Positions 1 to 9,536 of a DNA stretch of 64,000 nt are shown piece after piece. The DNA is from Planctomycetia bacterium (GTDB lineage Bacteria; Planctomycetota; Planctomycetia; Pirellulales; UBA1268). The position numbers and the translations under genes were made by a program. The stretch lies in assembly GCA_014192425.1 (NCBI GenBank), contig BJHK01000018.1:6986-70985 (forward strand). The letters run 5' to 3'. Under the pieces are notes generated by a model. The model was not told the origin of the DNA, did not search any database, and was given only the letters and a program-made list of their open reading frames with translations. Within the stretch, counting starts at the first letter, position 1. Each line of letters begins with the position of its first letter.

Positions 1-1121
1 CCGTCTCGCAGGCCCTGCTGAAGCGCGGCCAGCCGGCGTGGGTCGGGATCGCCGAGGCGGATCTCGCCGGCGTCGATCGGCGCCGCCTCCAGCACCTGGG
101 CCAGCCCCTCGTCGAGCCAGCGGGGCAGACGGCCCCGTCCTCCGGCACGAAGCCGCGTGTCGGCGTAGGCATGCCAGGCCTCGTGGGCGAGCCGGCCGTA
201 GAATTCGCGTCGGGCCGCCGTCAGCCGCGCCTGGTTGCCCCGGTTGGCGGTGTCGATCCGCACTGCCTCCGCGTCGCGCTCCTTCTTCCAGCGGGCGCGG
301 ACCTGCTGCACGATCTGGTCGCGGGCGGCGGGCGCCAGCTTGGCCCGCTCGAGGTCGGCGGCCAGTGCCCTGAGCCGGTCGGGGAGTTCACGGTCGCGGT
401 CCTTGAGGCTCTTGGCCGCGGCCGCGTTCGCCTCGGCCGCCGCCGCCTGCCGGGCGGCTACATCCGGCAGGTCGCTCCACGCCGCCACGAGCCGCTGCCC
501 GGCGGCATACAAGGCGGGGTTCTCCAGGCGGATGCCCAGGGCCTGCTGCACGTCCCGGTATTCCGCGGCGCTGCCGCAGATCCGCACCTTCGGTCGGGCC
601 GCGTCCGCGGCCCTGACCGTCGCCGGCACGAGCAGTTCGAAGGCGTTGAACACCTCCTCCAGTCGCACCACCGCGTCGCGGCTGGAGGCGGCATCGGCCG
701 TGCTCTCGAACGCGAACGTCGCCGATTCATACCGCCACGGCCCGGCGTCGCCGTCGCGGCGAAGCTCGGGCGCCGGCGGGCCGCCGGCCTCGCGGCCGGC
801 GCGGAAGGCATCGACGCGGGCGGCGAGCCGGGCATGCTCGGCGGCCGGGAGGCGTTCGAGCCTGCGGATCCGTCCCCGGCCGATCGGGCCCCAGGTGACG
901 ATGAACATCGGCCGGCCCGGCGGCCGCTTCACCACGTCCACGAACACCACGTCGGGGCCCGCCTCGTCGATCAGCCCCTCGAGCCGCACGCCGTCGCTCA
1001 GTTCGACCGCCTCGAGCTGCCAGGGCTCGGTGCCGAGCCCGCCCTGCGCCGCCGCCGTTCCGCACTGGCCCGCAGCCAGCGCCGTCACGACCGCGGCCAG
1101 CATGGCGACGCTCCGGCGCAT
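1..1121 (-). CDS. Secreted DUF1570-like putative zinc metallopeptidase. The C-terminal end runs off the window, and the gene is absent from the supplied ORF track.
   Basis: Manual reverse-strand translation from the ATG at 1121 gives MRRSVAMLAAVVTALAAGQCG..., a signal-peptide-like N-terminus. GC3 is high and the frame stays open to position 1. The product contains HEAWH (HExxH) followed by LPRWLDEGLAQ, as I recall for planctomycete DUF1570 proteins. The + strand ORFs 171..1238 and 235..1248 are its shadows. Confidence 0.7.
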   Translation of the reverse strand, partial: MRRSVAMLAAVVTALAAGQCGTAAAQGGLGTEPWQLEAVELSDGVRLEGLIDEAGPDVVFVDVVKRPPGRPMFIVTWGPIGRGRIRRLERLPAAEHARLAARVDAFRAGREAGGPPAPELRRDGDAGPWRYESATFAFESTADAASSRDAVVRLEEVFNAFELLVPATVRAADAARPKVRICGSAAEYRDVQQALGIRLENPALYAAGQRLVAAWSDLPDVAARQAAAAEANAAAAKSLKDRDRELPDRLRALAADLERAKLAPAARDQIVQQVRARWKKERDAEAVRIDTANRGNQARLTAARREFYGRLAHEAWHAYADTRLRAGGRGRLPRWLDEGLAQVLEAAPIDAGEIRLGDPDPRRLAALQQGLRD

Positions 1122-1244
1122 CGCGGCGATCCTCTCGTACGGCACCCGCTTGATCCTGGCGCACGACACGACCCTGTTGAACCATCGGGTCGGGCGTGGG
1201 CAGCCCCGCCCAGCGAAACGCGCGACGGTCAAGTGTGAGCCGTG

Positions 1245-2570
1245 TTAGAGGTAGGTGTTGATGACGTTCTCGAAGAGTTCCTGGCGGCCGCTGATGCAGG
1301 CGGCGGCCTCCCCCTTGGCGAGCATCTCCTTCTCCAGCGACACGAACGACTCGCCGCCGGCCTCGATCCGCTTGCCGAGCGGGCCCGACCAGGAAGCGTA
1401 GCGTTCGTCGACGAGCTTCTGGATCGCGCCGTCGGCCCGCAGCGCCGCGGCGATCTTCAGGCCCCGGGCGAAGGTGTCCATGCCGCCGATGTGGGCATGG
1501 AACAGGTCGACCGGCTCGAAGCTCTCGCGGCGCACCTTGGCGTCGAAGTTGATGCCGCCCGGGGCGAGGCCGCCGTACTTGAGGATCGAGTACATCATCT
1601 GCGCCGTCATGTAGATGTTCGTCGGGAACTGGTCGGTGTCCCAGCCGACGAGCGTGTCGCCGGTGTTGGCGTCGACCGAGCCGAGGAAGCCCTGCATGCC
1701 GGCGTACTCCAGCTCGTGCTGGATCTCGTGGCCGGCGAGCGTGGCATGGTTCGTCTCCAGGTTCATCTTCACGTGCTTCTCCAGGCCATAGGCACGCAGA
1801 AAATTGATGCAGGTGGCGGCGTCGAAGTCGTACTGGTGCTTCATCGGCTCACGCGGCTTGGGCTCGAAGTAGAACTGCCCGGTGAAGCCGATCTGCTTGG
1901 CGTAGTCGACCGCCATGTGCATGAACGCCGCGAGGTGGTCCATCTCGCGCTTCATGTCGGTGTTCCACAGGCACTGGTAGCCCTCGCGGCCGCCCCAGAA
2001 GGTGTAACCGGCGCCGCCGAGCCGCTGCGTGACCTCGATCGCCTTCTTGACCTGGGCGGCGGCGTAGGCGAAGGACTCGACGTTCGGGCTGGTGGCCGCG
2101 CCGTGGACGTACCGCGGGTTGCTGAACAGGTTGGCCGTGCCCCACAGCAGCTTGATGCCGGTCCGCTGCTGGTGCTTTTCCAGGGCGTCGACGACGACGT
2201 CGAGGTTCTTGTTGCTCTCGGCGAGCGTCGCCCCCTCGGGCGCCACGTCGCGGTCATGGAAGCAGTAGAAGCCGCAGCCGAGCTTCTCCAGGAACTCGAA
2301 GGCCACGTCGACCCGCTTGACGGCCATCTTCAGCGGGTCGCTCTCGTTCTCCCAGGGCCGGAGCATGGTGCCGGGGCCGAACGGGTCGCTGCCGGTGCCG
2401 CGGAAGGCGTGCCAGTAGGAGACGGCGAACCGCAGGTGGTCCTTCATCGGCTTCCCCTCCACGACCGCGTCGGCGTCGTAGTGGCGGAAGGCGAGCATGT
2501 TCTTCGTCGCCGGGCCCTCGTACTTGATCCTGCCGATTCCCGCGAATGCCTCACCGTGCGCCGCTGCCAT
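1245..2570 (-). CDS. xylA: Xylose isomerase
   Basis: The 441-aa product starts at an internal ATG ([19 protein letters not shown]...). It carries the [14 protein letters not shown] and HATLAGH motifs of class II xylose isomerase. The first 76 codons of the 517-aa ORF are Arg/Cys/Pro-rich and look non-coding. Confidence 0.95.
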   Translation of the reverse strand: MAAAHGEAFAGIGRIKYEGPATKNMLAFRHYDADAVVEGKPMKDHLRFAVSYWHAFRGTGSDPFGPGTMLRPWENESDPLKMAVKRVDVAFEFLEKLGCGFYCFHDRDVAPEGATLAESNKNLDVVVDALEKHQQRTGIKLLWGTANLFSNPRYVHGAATSPNVESFAYAAAQVKKAIEVTQRLGGAGYTFWGGREGYQCLWNTDMKREMDHLAAFMHMAVDYAKQIGFTGQFYFEPKPREPMKHQYDFDAATCINFLRAYGLEKHVKMNLETNHATLAGHEIQHELEYAGMQGFLGSVDANTGDTLVGWDTDQFPTNIYMTAQMMYSILKYGGLAPGGINFDAKVRRESFEPVDLFHAHIGGMDTFARGLKIAAALRADGAIQKLVDERYASWSGPLGKRIEAGGESFVSLEKEMLAKGEAAACISGRQELFENVINTYL

Positions 2571-2685
2571 CGAGAATGCTCCTGCTGAAAGAAGGTTGTC
2601 CGAGAGCCCCCAGATATACCGGCGGGCGCCGAGTTTGTCGCGGGGGGCCGCGCAGGCACGGTGCGGTCGCGGAGCGGGCCGTCGT

Positions 2686-3126
2686 TCAGCCGGCCCGCAA
2701 CATCCACAGGGCGAGCGCCGCGCGAGCCGTCCACAGGCCCGTCCGCAGCCAGTTGGACCGCACGAGCCGGCGCACGACGTCCGGATCGGCGGACCCACGG
2801 CCGAGACGGGCGTGGAGCGGCATCTGCACCGCCGCGGTCGAGGCCCAGGCCGCGGCCACGAGGCCGAGGCCGAGGACCGCGGGTCCGCGGCCGATCGTCG
2901 TCGGCGGGGAGACCGCGAGCAGGACGGCGGTCAGCCCCTCGACGAGCATCGGCGGCAGCACGCACCGCGGCGTGATCCGCCGATTCTCGAGCCAGTATGC
3001 CTGGGCCGTCTCGGCGGGCAGGCGACCGAAGAGCGGATAGTGGACGAGTTGCACGAACCAGATGAGCCCGCACATGAAGCCCGAGGCGAGCGCCTGGAGA
3101 TACAGCAGCGCCGCAACCGGCTCCAT
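2686..3126 (-). CDS. Small polytopic membrane protein, DUF1772 / anthrone-oxygenase-like
   Basis: The 146-aa product [33 protein letters not shown]... has four hydrophobic segments. The N-terminal 216 codons of ORF 2686..3774 overlap the next gene in another frame and are Arg-rich junk. The start lies 2 nt after the stop of the upstream gene. Confidence 0.6.
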   Translation of the reverse strand: MEPVAALLYLQALASGFMCGLIWFVQLVHYPLFGRLPAETAQAYWLENRRITPRCVLPPMLVEGLTAVLLAVSPPTTIGRGPAVLGLGLVAAAWASTAAVQMPLHARLGRGSADPDVVRRLVRSNWLRTGLWTARAALALWMLRAG

Positions 3127-3128
3127 GG

Positions 3129-3572
3129 TCAGCGCTCCGCGGCCGCCGCGCCGGCCCGGGGCCGCGCCTGCCAGGCGCGGAGGAGGATCAGCCCGAAGGG
3201 GATCCACCAGATGAGGTCGTTGGTCGGCAGCGTCCAGCCGAACGCCGCCGGCACCTCGCCGCGGGCCACCCCCATCGCGTAGCCCAGCGGCCCGAAGATC
3301 TTGCCGAGGAATCCGACGAGGACGATCGGCCAGTGACGGAGCGGATCGGCGGCTGCGGCGAGATAGCCGATCCCGTAGACGCCGACGATCATCCCCACGC
3401 ACTGCCAGATGAAGGGATAGTTCGGCCGCTCCATGCCCGTGAGGTCGAAAAGCCAATAGGGCAGTCCGACGGTGACCGCGCCCCAGGCGAGGTTGTAGAT
3501 TCCGGCAGCGACGAGCACGTGCCGCATCCACACCGGAAAGGAACCGCGGGTGAAGGATGACTCGCGCTGCAT
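3129..3572 (-). CDS. Hypothetical polytopic membrane protein
   Basis: The 147-aa product starts at MQRESSFTRGSFPVWMRHVLVAAGIYNLAWG. It is Trp/Gly-rich and hydrophobic with high GC3. It lies between the SDR gene and the DUF1772-like gene on the same strand. Confidence 0.6.
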   Translation of the reverse strand: MQRESSFTRGSFPVWMRHVLVAAGIYNLAWGAVTVGLPYWLFDLTGMERPNYPFIWQCVGMIVGVYGIGYLAAAADPLRHWPIVLVGFLGKIFGPLGYAMGVARGEVPAAFGWTLPTNDLIWWIPFGLILLRAWQARPRAGAAAAER

Positions 3573-3674
3573 CGGTTCTACCGCCGGTTCGGATATCGAC
3601 GACGTAGCATAGGCGGCCCGCCGCCGGCGAACAGCGGCCATCCACCTCCCGGCCGACAGCCCGGCACATTCGAC

Positions 3675-4502
3675 TCAACCGGTGAATCGGGAAAGGATCC
3701 GCCGGCCGAGATCGGGAAACCAGTCGATGAGGCCCGCCAGCAGCCCGGCCGAACGCGGCACGACGAGTTCGCACCGGCGGCGTCGGCAGGCAGCGAGCAC
3801 ATCACGGGCGAGCCGATCGGGGTCGAGACGCCGCAGCTGCGCGCTGCCCCCCGGTGCGGCCGCCTCAGCCGGCAGGCTCGCTCGGGCGACGTCGGCCGCA
3901 TAGCGGTCGGTGTCCCGGTCGGCCGCCGGATCGTCGGCGGCGCGGGCGATCGGCCCGGGGGAGACGAGGAGCACGTGGCCGCCGCGCGGGGCGAGTTCCA
4001 GCCGCACCGCGTCGGCGTAGGCCGCCAGCGCCGCCTTGGCGACGCCATACGGCCCCATGTACGGCGCGGCGAGCTTGCCCGCCAGGCTGCCGATGAAGAC
4101 GACGTGCCCCCGAGCGGCGGCGATGTCCGCGGCGGCGGCCTGCACGATCTCCACCGCGGCGAACAGGTTGGCGTCGAGGAACCCGCGCAGCTCATCCGGG
4201 GGCGTGGTCAACATCCGGTGGCGGCCCGACCGGCCCACGCAGCACACGAGGTCGTCGATGCCGCCGAGGATCCGCCGGCCTTCGGCCGCGACCCGTTCCC
4301 CCTCCCCCGCCCGACCGAGGTCGGCGCTGAGGCCGCGCACGTCGAGGCCGACGCGATCGCAGGCGGCCAGGGCGACGCGCACGCCTTCCGCCGACCGGCC
4401 CACGACGAGCACCCGGGCTCCGGCCGTGGCGAGGTGCCGGGCGAGCACGAGGCCGAAGCCGGCGGTGCCGCCGGTGACGATGACGCGTCGATCCTTCCAC
4501 AT
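3675..4502 (-). CDS. Short-chain dehydrogenase/reductase (SDR) family oxidoreductase
   Basis: The internal start MWKDRRVIVTGGTAGFGLV gives a TGxxxGxG Rossmann motif. The catalytic YxxxK is present as PYGVAK. The product is 275 aa, and the upstream part of the 444-aa ORF is Arg/Pro-rich. Confidence 0.85.
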   Translation of the reverse strand: MWKDRRVIVTGGTAGFGLVLARHLATAGARVLVVGRSAEGVRVALAACDRVGLDVRGLSADLGRAGEGERVAAEGRRILGGIDDLVCCVGRSGRHRMLTTPPDELRGFLDANLFAAVEIVQAAAADIAAARGHVVFIGSLAGKLAAPYMGPYGVAKAALAAYADAVRLELAPRGGHVLLVSPGPIARAADDPAADRDTDRYAADVARASLPAEAAAPGGSAQLRRLDPDRLARDVLAACRRRRCELVVPRSAGLLAGLIDWFPDLGRRILSRFTG

Positions 4503-4632
4503 GCTCGTGATGCTCGGGCCACACGGGAGCCTGGCCGACCGGGGGACCGCGGGACAGGGGGGACCGCGGGACAGGGGCCGGACTCCGCTCCCGTCCGGCA
4601 GCGGCAGGGCGGTCCCGCTGCCCACGGGTCGC

Positions 4633-5382
4633 TCAGAGCATAATGCACGCGCCCATCGGGCCGACACCGATCGACATCCGGCGGGGCGGAATGTCGGAGA
4701 ACGGCAGGCTGCCTCCGCCGGAGCGGTACGGGGAGTGGACCGGCGCGGACCGGGCCCGGGCGGCCGCCTCGCGCGAGGCGTTGGCCGTCGCCTGCCGGCT
4801 CCCGCCGGCCCGCTCGACCAGCGTGGTCTGCCGCGCCTCGACGCCCTGCTGCCGCTGACGAAGCGTCGCCCGCAGGGCATCGATCCGCTGGATCTCCTGC
4901 CAGAGTTGATCGGCCGACATGTCGAGGATGGAGGGGACGTTTCGCAACGCCTGGGCCCGGCGGGCGTCGGACATGGCGGAGAGATACTCGCCCAGCCATG
5001 CCTTGGCATCTCGGGCCTCCGGCGTGTCGAGCAACCTCATCTTGGCCGCGATCGTTTCGAGGAGATACTCGATCTCGTACGACGACATCGCCGCGACCTG
5101 GTTGTTGAATTGCATCTTGATGCGCCGCACCTCGGCCGGCGTGTAGATGGACTGCGACGTCAGCCAGGTGCCGAATTCGGCCACGACCCGCTGCCAGGCC
5201 GGGCTGTGCAGCAGGTCCGACTTGCGGGCGAGGTCGCCATGCTCCTCGTCGGTCGTCGGGCTAAAGACCCCCGCGTTGGCCGGGTCGGACGATCGAGCCG
5301 CGAAGGCCGCCGAGACCGCCCAGGCCAGGCAGCAGCCGAACCACGCCGTTCGCCAGGTGCAATCGGAACGTGACCTCTTCAT
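4633..5382 (-). CDS. Hypothetical secreted protein
   Basis: The internal start MKRSRSDCTWRTAWFGCCLAWAVSAAFA looks like a signal peptide, and the body is helical and Gln/Arg-rich. The ATGA start/stop overlap at 5379-5382 with the upstream gene suggests an operon. Confidence 0.55.
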   Translation of the reverse strand: MKRSRSDCTWRTAWFGCCLAWAVSAAFAARSSDPANAGVFSPTTDEEHGDLARKSDLLHSPAWQRVVAEFGTWLTSQSIYTPAEVRRIKMQFNNQVAAMSSYEIEYLLETIAAKMRLLDTPEARDAKAWLGEYLSAMSDARRAQALRNVPSILDMSADQLWQEIQRIDALRATLRQRQQGVEARQTTLVERAGGSRQATANASREAAARARSAPVHSPYRSGGGSLPFSDIPPRRMSIGVGPMGACIML

Positions 5383-6410
5383 CGCCCCTCTCCCTTCGGC
5401 TTTCGTACCCAGGTCGCCCGCGTCGGCCGACCGTCGGCGGGCGACAACGCATCGGGCATGGTTCGCCAGATGCAGCGGTCCCGGCCGTCGTAGGTATAGA
5501 TGCTGACCTGCGAGTGCTGCTGGCCACCGGGCAGGTTCCCGGTCTGCACGATGACCCACGAGCCGCCGTCGCGAAACCACGTCGCCTCCCCGCGGCTGCC
5601 GTCGGAGGAGAAACTCCAGGAGCGAACCCGCTTGACGACCGGATCCCAGCCGATCCGCTGGTGGACATGGACGACGTCCGCATCGCCGTCGTCCGTGCCC
5701 GCGCCGGCAACCCGCACGTCCCGCACCAGGAACGCCCGACCCGCATCCCAGCGCACGCTCATCTCCATCCCCGGCGCTGCGGCGGGCCTGCCACCGTCCT
5801 TGTTTCCGGCGGGCTCATCGACGACGACCACCCAGTCGCCGACCATCCAGTCGAGGTCAGCCAGCATGTTCGCGTCGGCCACGACCGGCCGCTCCGACTC
5901 GCGAACACCCGCCAGTTTCCAGACGCCGTCCCGGCGCACCCACAGGGCGGAGAACCAGCCCTCGATTGCCGTCTGCGTGCCGGGGAGCACGATGTCGGCC
6001 GTGCCATCCTCGACGGCCACGTCGCCCGTCAGGAAGCGGATCGTCGTCTCGCCAACCGTGACCTCGGGACGCGGCCTGGATGCCGCCGCGGGGCCGGCAT
6101 CGACCGGGGCGATGTCCGCCGGGCGCACCCGCTGGCCGCGGCCATCGACGATGTCGGCGTCGGCCGCCCAGGCCGCCTTGACGCCGGCAGCGTCCCCCGT
6201 GGCGAGTGCCGTGCGGTAGGCGGCTGCGGCGGCGCGGATCGCGGCCCGGTCAGCCGCGGCTGCCGCCTCCCCGGCCGATTGCCCGCGGGCGTCGGTCAGG
6301 ACCGCCATCGCCGCGCTGATGGCGAGCATCGTCACGGCGGCAGGCAGCAGGCGGCGAAGCCGCTCCCGTCGCGCTGAAACCACTCCGCTGATCGTCATGG
6401 AATCGTGCAT
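5379..6410 (-). CDS. Secreted protein with tandem NTF2-like (SnoaL/DUF4440-like) domains
   Basis: The N-terminus has a signal/anchor segment, RLRRLLPAAVTMLAISAAMAVLTDA. Two repeated modules follow (...AAYRTALATGDAAGVKAAWAADADIVDG... and ...DWMVGDWVV...WF.DGG.W), which resemble NTF2-fold DUF4440 proteins. The start is uncertain, with candidates at 6410, 6398 and 6455. Confidence 0.6.
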   Translation of the reverse strand: MHDSMTISGVVSARRERLRRLLPAAVTMLAISAAMAVLTDARGQSAGEAAAAADRAAIRAAAAAYRTALATGDAAGVKAAWAADADIVDGRGQRVRPADIAPVDAGPAAASRPRPEVTVGETTIRFLTGDVAVEDGTADIVLPGTQTAIEGWFSALWVRRDGVWKLAGVRESERPVVADANMLADLDWMVGDWVVVVDEPAGNKDGGRPAAAPGMEMSVRWDAGRAFLVRDVRVAGAGTDDGDADVVHVHQRIGWDPVVKRVRSWSFSSDGSRGEATWFRDGGSWVIVQTGNLPGGQQHSQVSIYTYDGRDRCIWRTMPDALSPADGRPTRATWVRKPKGEGR

Positions 6411-6661
6411 CCTGGGGTCGGGCGGCAGGGGCAGGGATTCGTTGGATCGCTGCATGGGCGTTGCGGAGTGTATCTCGGCCGGGTTCCGAAGTCGAACGCT
6501 GCGGGGTGATTGGGCCCGCGCGCACAGCACAGGTGGCCGCCCGCTGATGCGCGGGAAGGCGGGGCGGCGGCGACCATCGACGGGCGGGACGCGGCACGTC
6601 ACAATGTCCGAAGGCGGACAGGCCACCAGACCACGACCCGCACCCCCAAGGAGTGTCCGCC

Positions 6662-8161
6662 ATGTCGTCCCCTGCTCCGTCCTCGGTCGTGCGCACGAAG
6701 ATCGTCGCCACGATCGGCCCCGCCACCCGCGCGGAGGAGGCGATCCGCTCGCTGCTCGCCGCGGGCGTCGACGTGTTCCGCCTCAACATGGCCCACGGCT
6801 CGACGGCCGAGCACCAGGAGACGCTCGAACTGGTGCGGCGCGTGTCGGCCACCGCCGGCCGGCACGTCGGCGTGCTCGTCGATCTCGCCGGACCGAAGAT
6901 CCGTCTCGGCGAACTTCCCGGCGGACAGGTGAACTGCGTCGAGGGGGAGGAGGTGTCGTTCGTCAGCGGCACGGTGGCCGGGCCGGGGACGTTCACCGTC
7001 ACCTACGCGACGCTGATCGACGAGCTCGCCGTGGGCGACGCGGTGATGCTCGCCGACGGCACCGTGAGCCTCGTCGTCGAGGAGCGATTTCCCGACCGGG
7101 TCCGCTGCCGCGTCGTCCAGGGGGGCGTGGTCCGCAGCCGGCAGGGGGTGAACCTGCCCGGGGTCAAGCTCTCGGTCGCGGCGATGAGCCCCGATGACTG
7201 GCGGCACGCCGAATGGGCGGCCGGGGCGGGGGCCGACTTCGTCAGCCTGTCGTTCGTCCGCTCGCCGGTCGAGGTCCAGCTGCTCAAGGAGCTGCTGCGG
7301 ACCCGTGGCTCCCGGGCCCGCGTCGTCGCCAAGATCGAGAAGCGCGAGGCGATCGACGACCTCGATGCGATCGTCGAGGCCGCCGACGTCGTGATGGTGG
7401 CCCGCGGCGACCTTGGTGTGGAGATCGACGTCGCCACGGTTCCCATGGTGCAGAAGCAGATCATCCGCACCTGCCAGCGTTACCAGAAGCCGGTCATCGT
7501 GGCCACGCAGATGCTCGACAGCATGCAGCATGCCCGCCGGCCAACGCGGGCCGAGGCGACCGACGTCGCCAACGCGATCCTCGACGGCGCCGACGCCTGC
7601 ATGCTCTCCGGCGAGACGGCGATCGGCGACCATCCGCACCTCGTGGTGGCGATGATGCGCCGGATCGCCGAAGCGACCGAGCGGCAGTATCTCGCCGACC
7701 GCTGGCAGTATCTGGAGGGGCGGTTCGGCCGCGACCGCAGCGGGGCGGCCGTGGCGGCCGTCGAGTTTCCGCCGCCGCCGGAGAAGCTCGTGGACGGGCT
7801 CCATCCGATCACGCAGGCCGTCGTCGACGGGGCCGGGCGGATCGCCGCCGAGCTCGACGCCCGGCTCGTCGTCGTGGCGAGCAAGACGGGGATCGCCGCC
7901 ATCGCCCGCTCCAAGCGTCGCGGTGCGGTGCCGACCGTGGGCCTGAGCGACAGCCTGGAGACGCTCCGGCAGATGGCCCTGTATTGGGGCGTGACGCCGC
8001 TGGCCGTCGCCCCGGGATCGGACACGAGCGGCCTCTTGGAACAGGTCTGCGGCTGGGGGCTGCGCGAGGGGCGGCTGCGGCGCGGCGACCGGATCATCCT
8101 CGTGGCCGGTGCGGGCTTCGGCGCCGGAGGTCACAACATGGCCCTCGTCCACGAGGTCTGA
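6662..8161 (+). CDS. pyk: Pyruvate kinase
   Basis: The product contains TKIVATIGPA, FRLNMAHG, DLAGPKIR and MVARGDLGVE motifs. An AAGGAG ribosome-binding site at 6648-6653 sits 8 nt before the ATG at 6662. The GTG at 6653 listed in the track overlaps that site. Confidence 0.95.
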   Translation: MSSPAPSSVVRTKIVATIGPATRAEEAIRSLLAAGVDVFRLNMAHGSTAEHQETLELVRRVSATAGRHVGVLVDLAGPKIRLGELPGGQVNCVEGEEVSFVSGTVAGPGTFTVTYATLIDELAVGDAVMLADGTVSLVVEERFPDRVRCRVVQGGVVRSRQGVNLPGVKLSVAAMSPDDWRHAEWAAGAGADFVSLSFVRSPVEVQLLKELLRTRGSRARVVAKIEKREAIDDLDAIVEAADVVMVARGDLGVEIDVATVPMVQKQIIRTCQRYQKPVIVATQMLDSMQHARRPTRAEATDVANAILDGADACMLSGETAIGDHPHLVVAMMRRIAEATERQYLADRWQYLEGRFGRDRSGAAVAAVEFPPPPEKLVDGLHPITQAVVDGAGRIAAELDARLVVVASKTGIAAIARSKRRGAVPTVGLSDSLETLRQMALYWGVTPLAVAPGSDTSGLLEQVCGWGLREGRLRRGDRIILVAGAGFGAGGHNMALVHEV

Positions 8162-8287
8162 CCGGCGCGTCGCCGGCCGCGCGACCGCCGGTTTCCGCCG
8201 GGGTTTGCCCGGCCGGCTTGCATCCCGCGCCGGCTTCGGCCCGAATGCTCGAGGTCGTGGAAAATTCGCGGGCGTGAAGGAGTGGTG

Positions 8288-9508
8288 ATGGGCAAGCGGT
8301 GCGTGCTGGCGTATTCGGGCGGGCTGGACACCTCGGTGATCCTCGGCTGGCTCATCGAGCAGGGCTACGAGGTGGTCGCCGTGTACGTCGACCTCGGGCA
8401 GCCCTGCGAGGACCGCGAGGCGATCCTCGCCAAGGCGCGCACCTGCGGCGCCGTCAAGAGCCTGATCGTCGACGTCCGCGAGGAGCTGTGCCGCGACTTC
8501 GCCTTCCCGGTCATGCAGTGGCAGGCCCGCTACGAGGGCACCTACCTGCTCGGCACGTCGATCGCCCGGCCCCTGATCAGCAAGGTGTGCGTGGAGATCG
8601 CCCACCGCGAGGGCTGTTCGGTGTTCGCCCACGGCGCCACCGGCAAGGGAAACGACCAGTGCCGGTTCCAGCTCGCCGCCGAGGCGCTCGATCCGGGGAT
8701 CCGCGTCCTCGCCCCGTGGCGGATCGCCGCCTTCCGCGAGCGCTTTCCGGGCCGCAAGGAGCTGATCGAGTTCTGCGAGGCGAAGAACATCCCCGTCAAG
8801 GCCTCCAAGGGGAAGCCCTACAGCTCCGACGAGAACTGCCTGCACACCAGCTACGAGGCAGGGGCGCTCGAGGAGCTCTCGACCGACGGCTTCGCGCTCG
8901 TGGAGTTCGGGATGACCGTCGCGCCGCAGCAGGCGCCCGACAACCCGGAGACCGTGCGGATCGACTTCGACCGCGGGCTGCCTGTCCGCGTCAACGGCAA
9001 GACGCTCGCGGCCCACGAGATCGTGCTCGCGCTCAACGAGATCGGCGGCCGAAATGGCGTCGGTCGCACCGACATCGTCGAGAACCGGCTCGTCGGCATG
9101 AAGAGCCGGGGTGTCTACGAGGCCCCCGGCATGACGCTCCTCTACGAGGCCCACCGGCTCGTCGAGCAGATGACGCTCGACCGCGATCTCGTCCACCTCC
9201 GCGACCGGCTCGCGCCGGAGGTCGCCGAGATGGTGTACTACGGCTTCTGGTACTGCGCGAAGATGGACGCCCTCGCCGCGTTCATCCGTGAGGCACAGCG
9301 GCCCGTGACCGGCTCGGTGGAGCTCAACCTCTACAAGGGCAACATCCTCGTCAAGAGCCGGGAGAGCAGCCAGAGCCTGTACGACGCGGCCATCGCCTCG
9401 ATGGAAGGGGGCGGCTCGTACGACCAGACCGACGCCGAGGGCTTCCTGCGAATCCTCGGCCTGCCGCTCCGCGTGCAGGGAAAGGTTCGCCCGCGCGGCA
9501 AGGGATGA
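8288..9508 (+). CDS. argG: Argininosuccinate synthase
   Basis: The product contains AYSGGLDTS, GATGKGNDQ.RF and a MKSRGVYE-type motif. An AAGGAG site at 8277-8282 sits 5 nt before the ATG at 8288. Confidence 0.95.
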   Translation: MGKRCVLAYSGGLDTSVILGWLIEQGYEVVAVYVDLGQPCEDREAILAKARTCGAVKSLIVDVREELCRDFAFPVMQWQARYEGTYLLGTSIARPLISKVCVEIAHREGCSVFAHGATGKGNDQCRFQLAAEALDPGIRVLAPWRIAAFRERFPGRKELIEFCEAKNIPVKASKGKPYSSDENCLHTSYEAGALEELSTDGFALVEFGMTVAPQQAPDNPETVRIDFDRGLPVRVNGKTLAAHEIVLALNEIGGRNGVGRTDIVENRLVGMKSRGVYEAPGMTLLYEAHRLVEQMTLDRDLVHLRDRLAPEVAEMVYYGFWYCAKMDALAAFIREAQRPVTGSVELNLYKGNILVKSRESSQSLYDAAIASMEGGGSYDQTDAEGFLRILGLPLRVQGKVRPRGKG

Positions 9509-9536
9509 CGGGCGTGCCACGGCTGGACGGGCGGCC

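Noticed and set aside
2686-3774. The 362-aa ORF taken as a single gene. Similar long N-terminal extensions occur on the xylA, SDR, bioA, gatA, gatB, rpmB and DUF62 ORFs.
   Set aside because: The upstream portions are Arg/Pro-rich and overlap neighbouring genes. Internal starts give products of canonical length with proper N-termini, so the extensions are read-through from stop-poor sequence.
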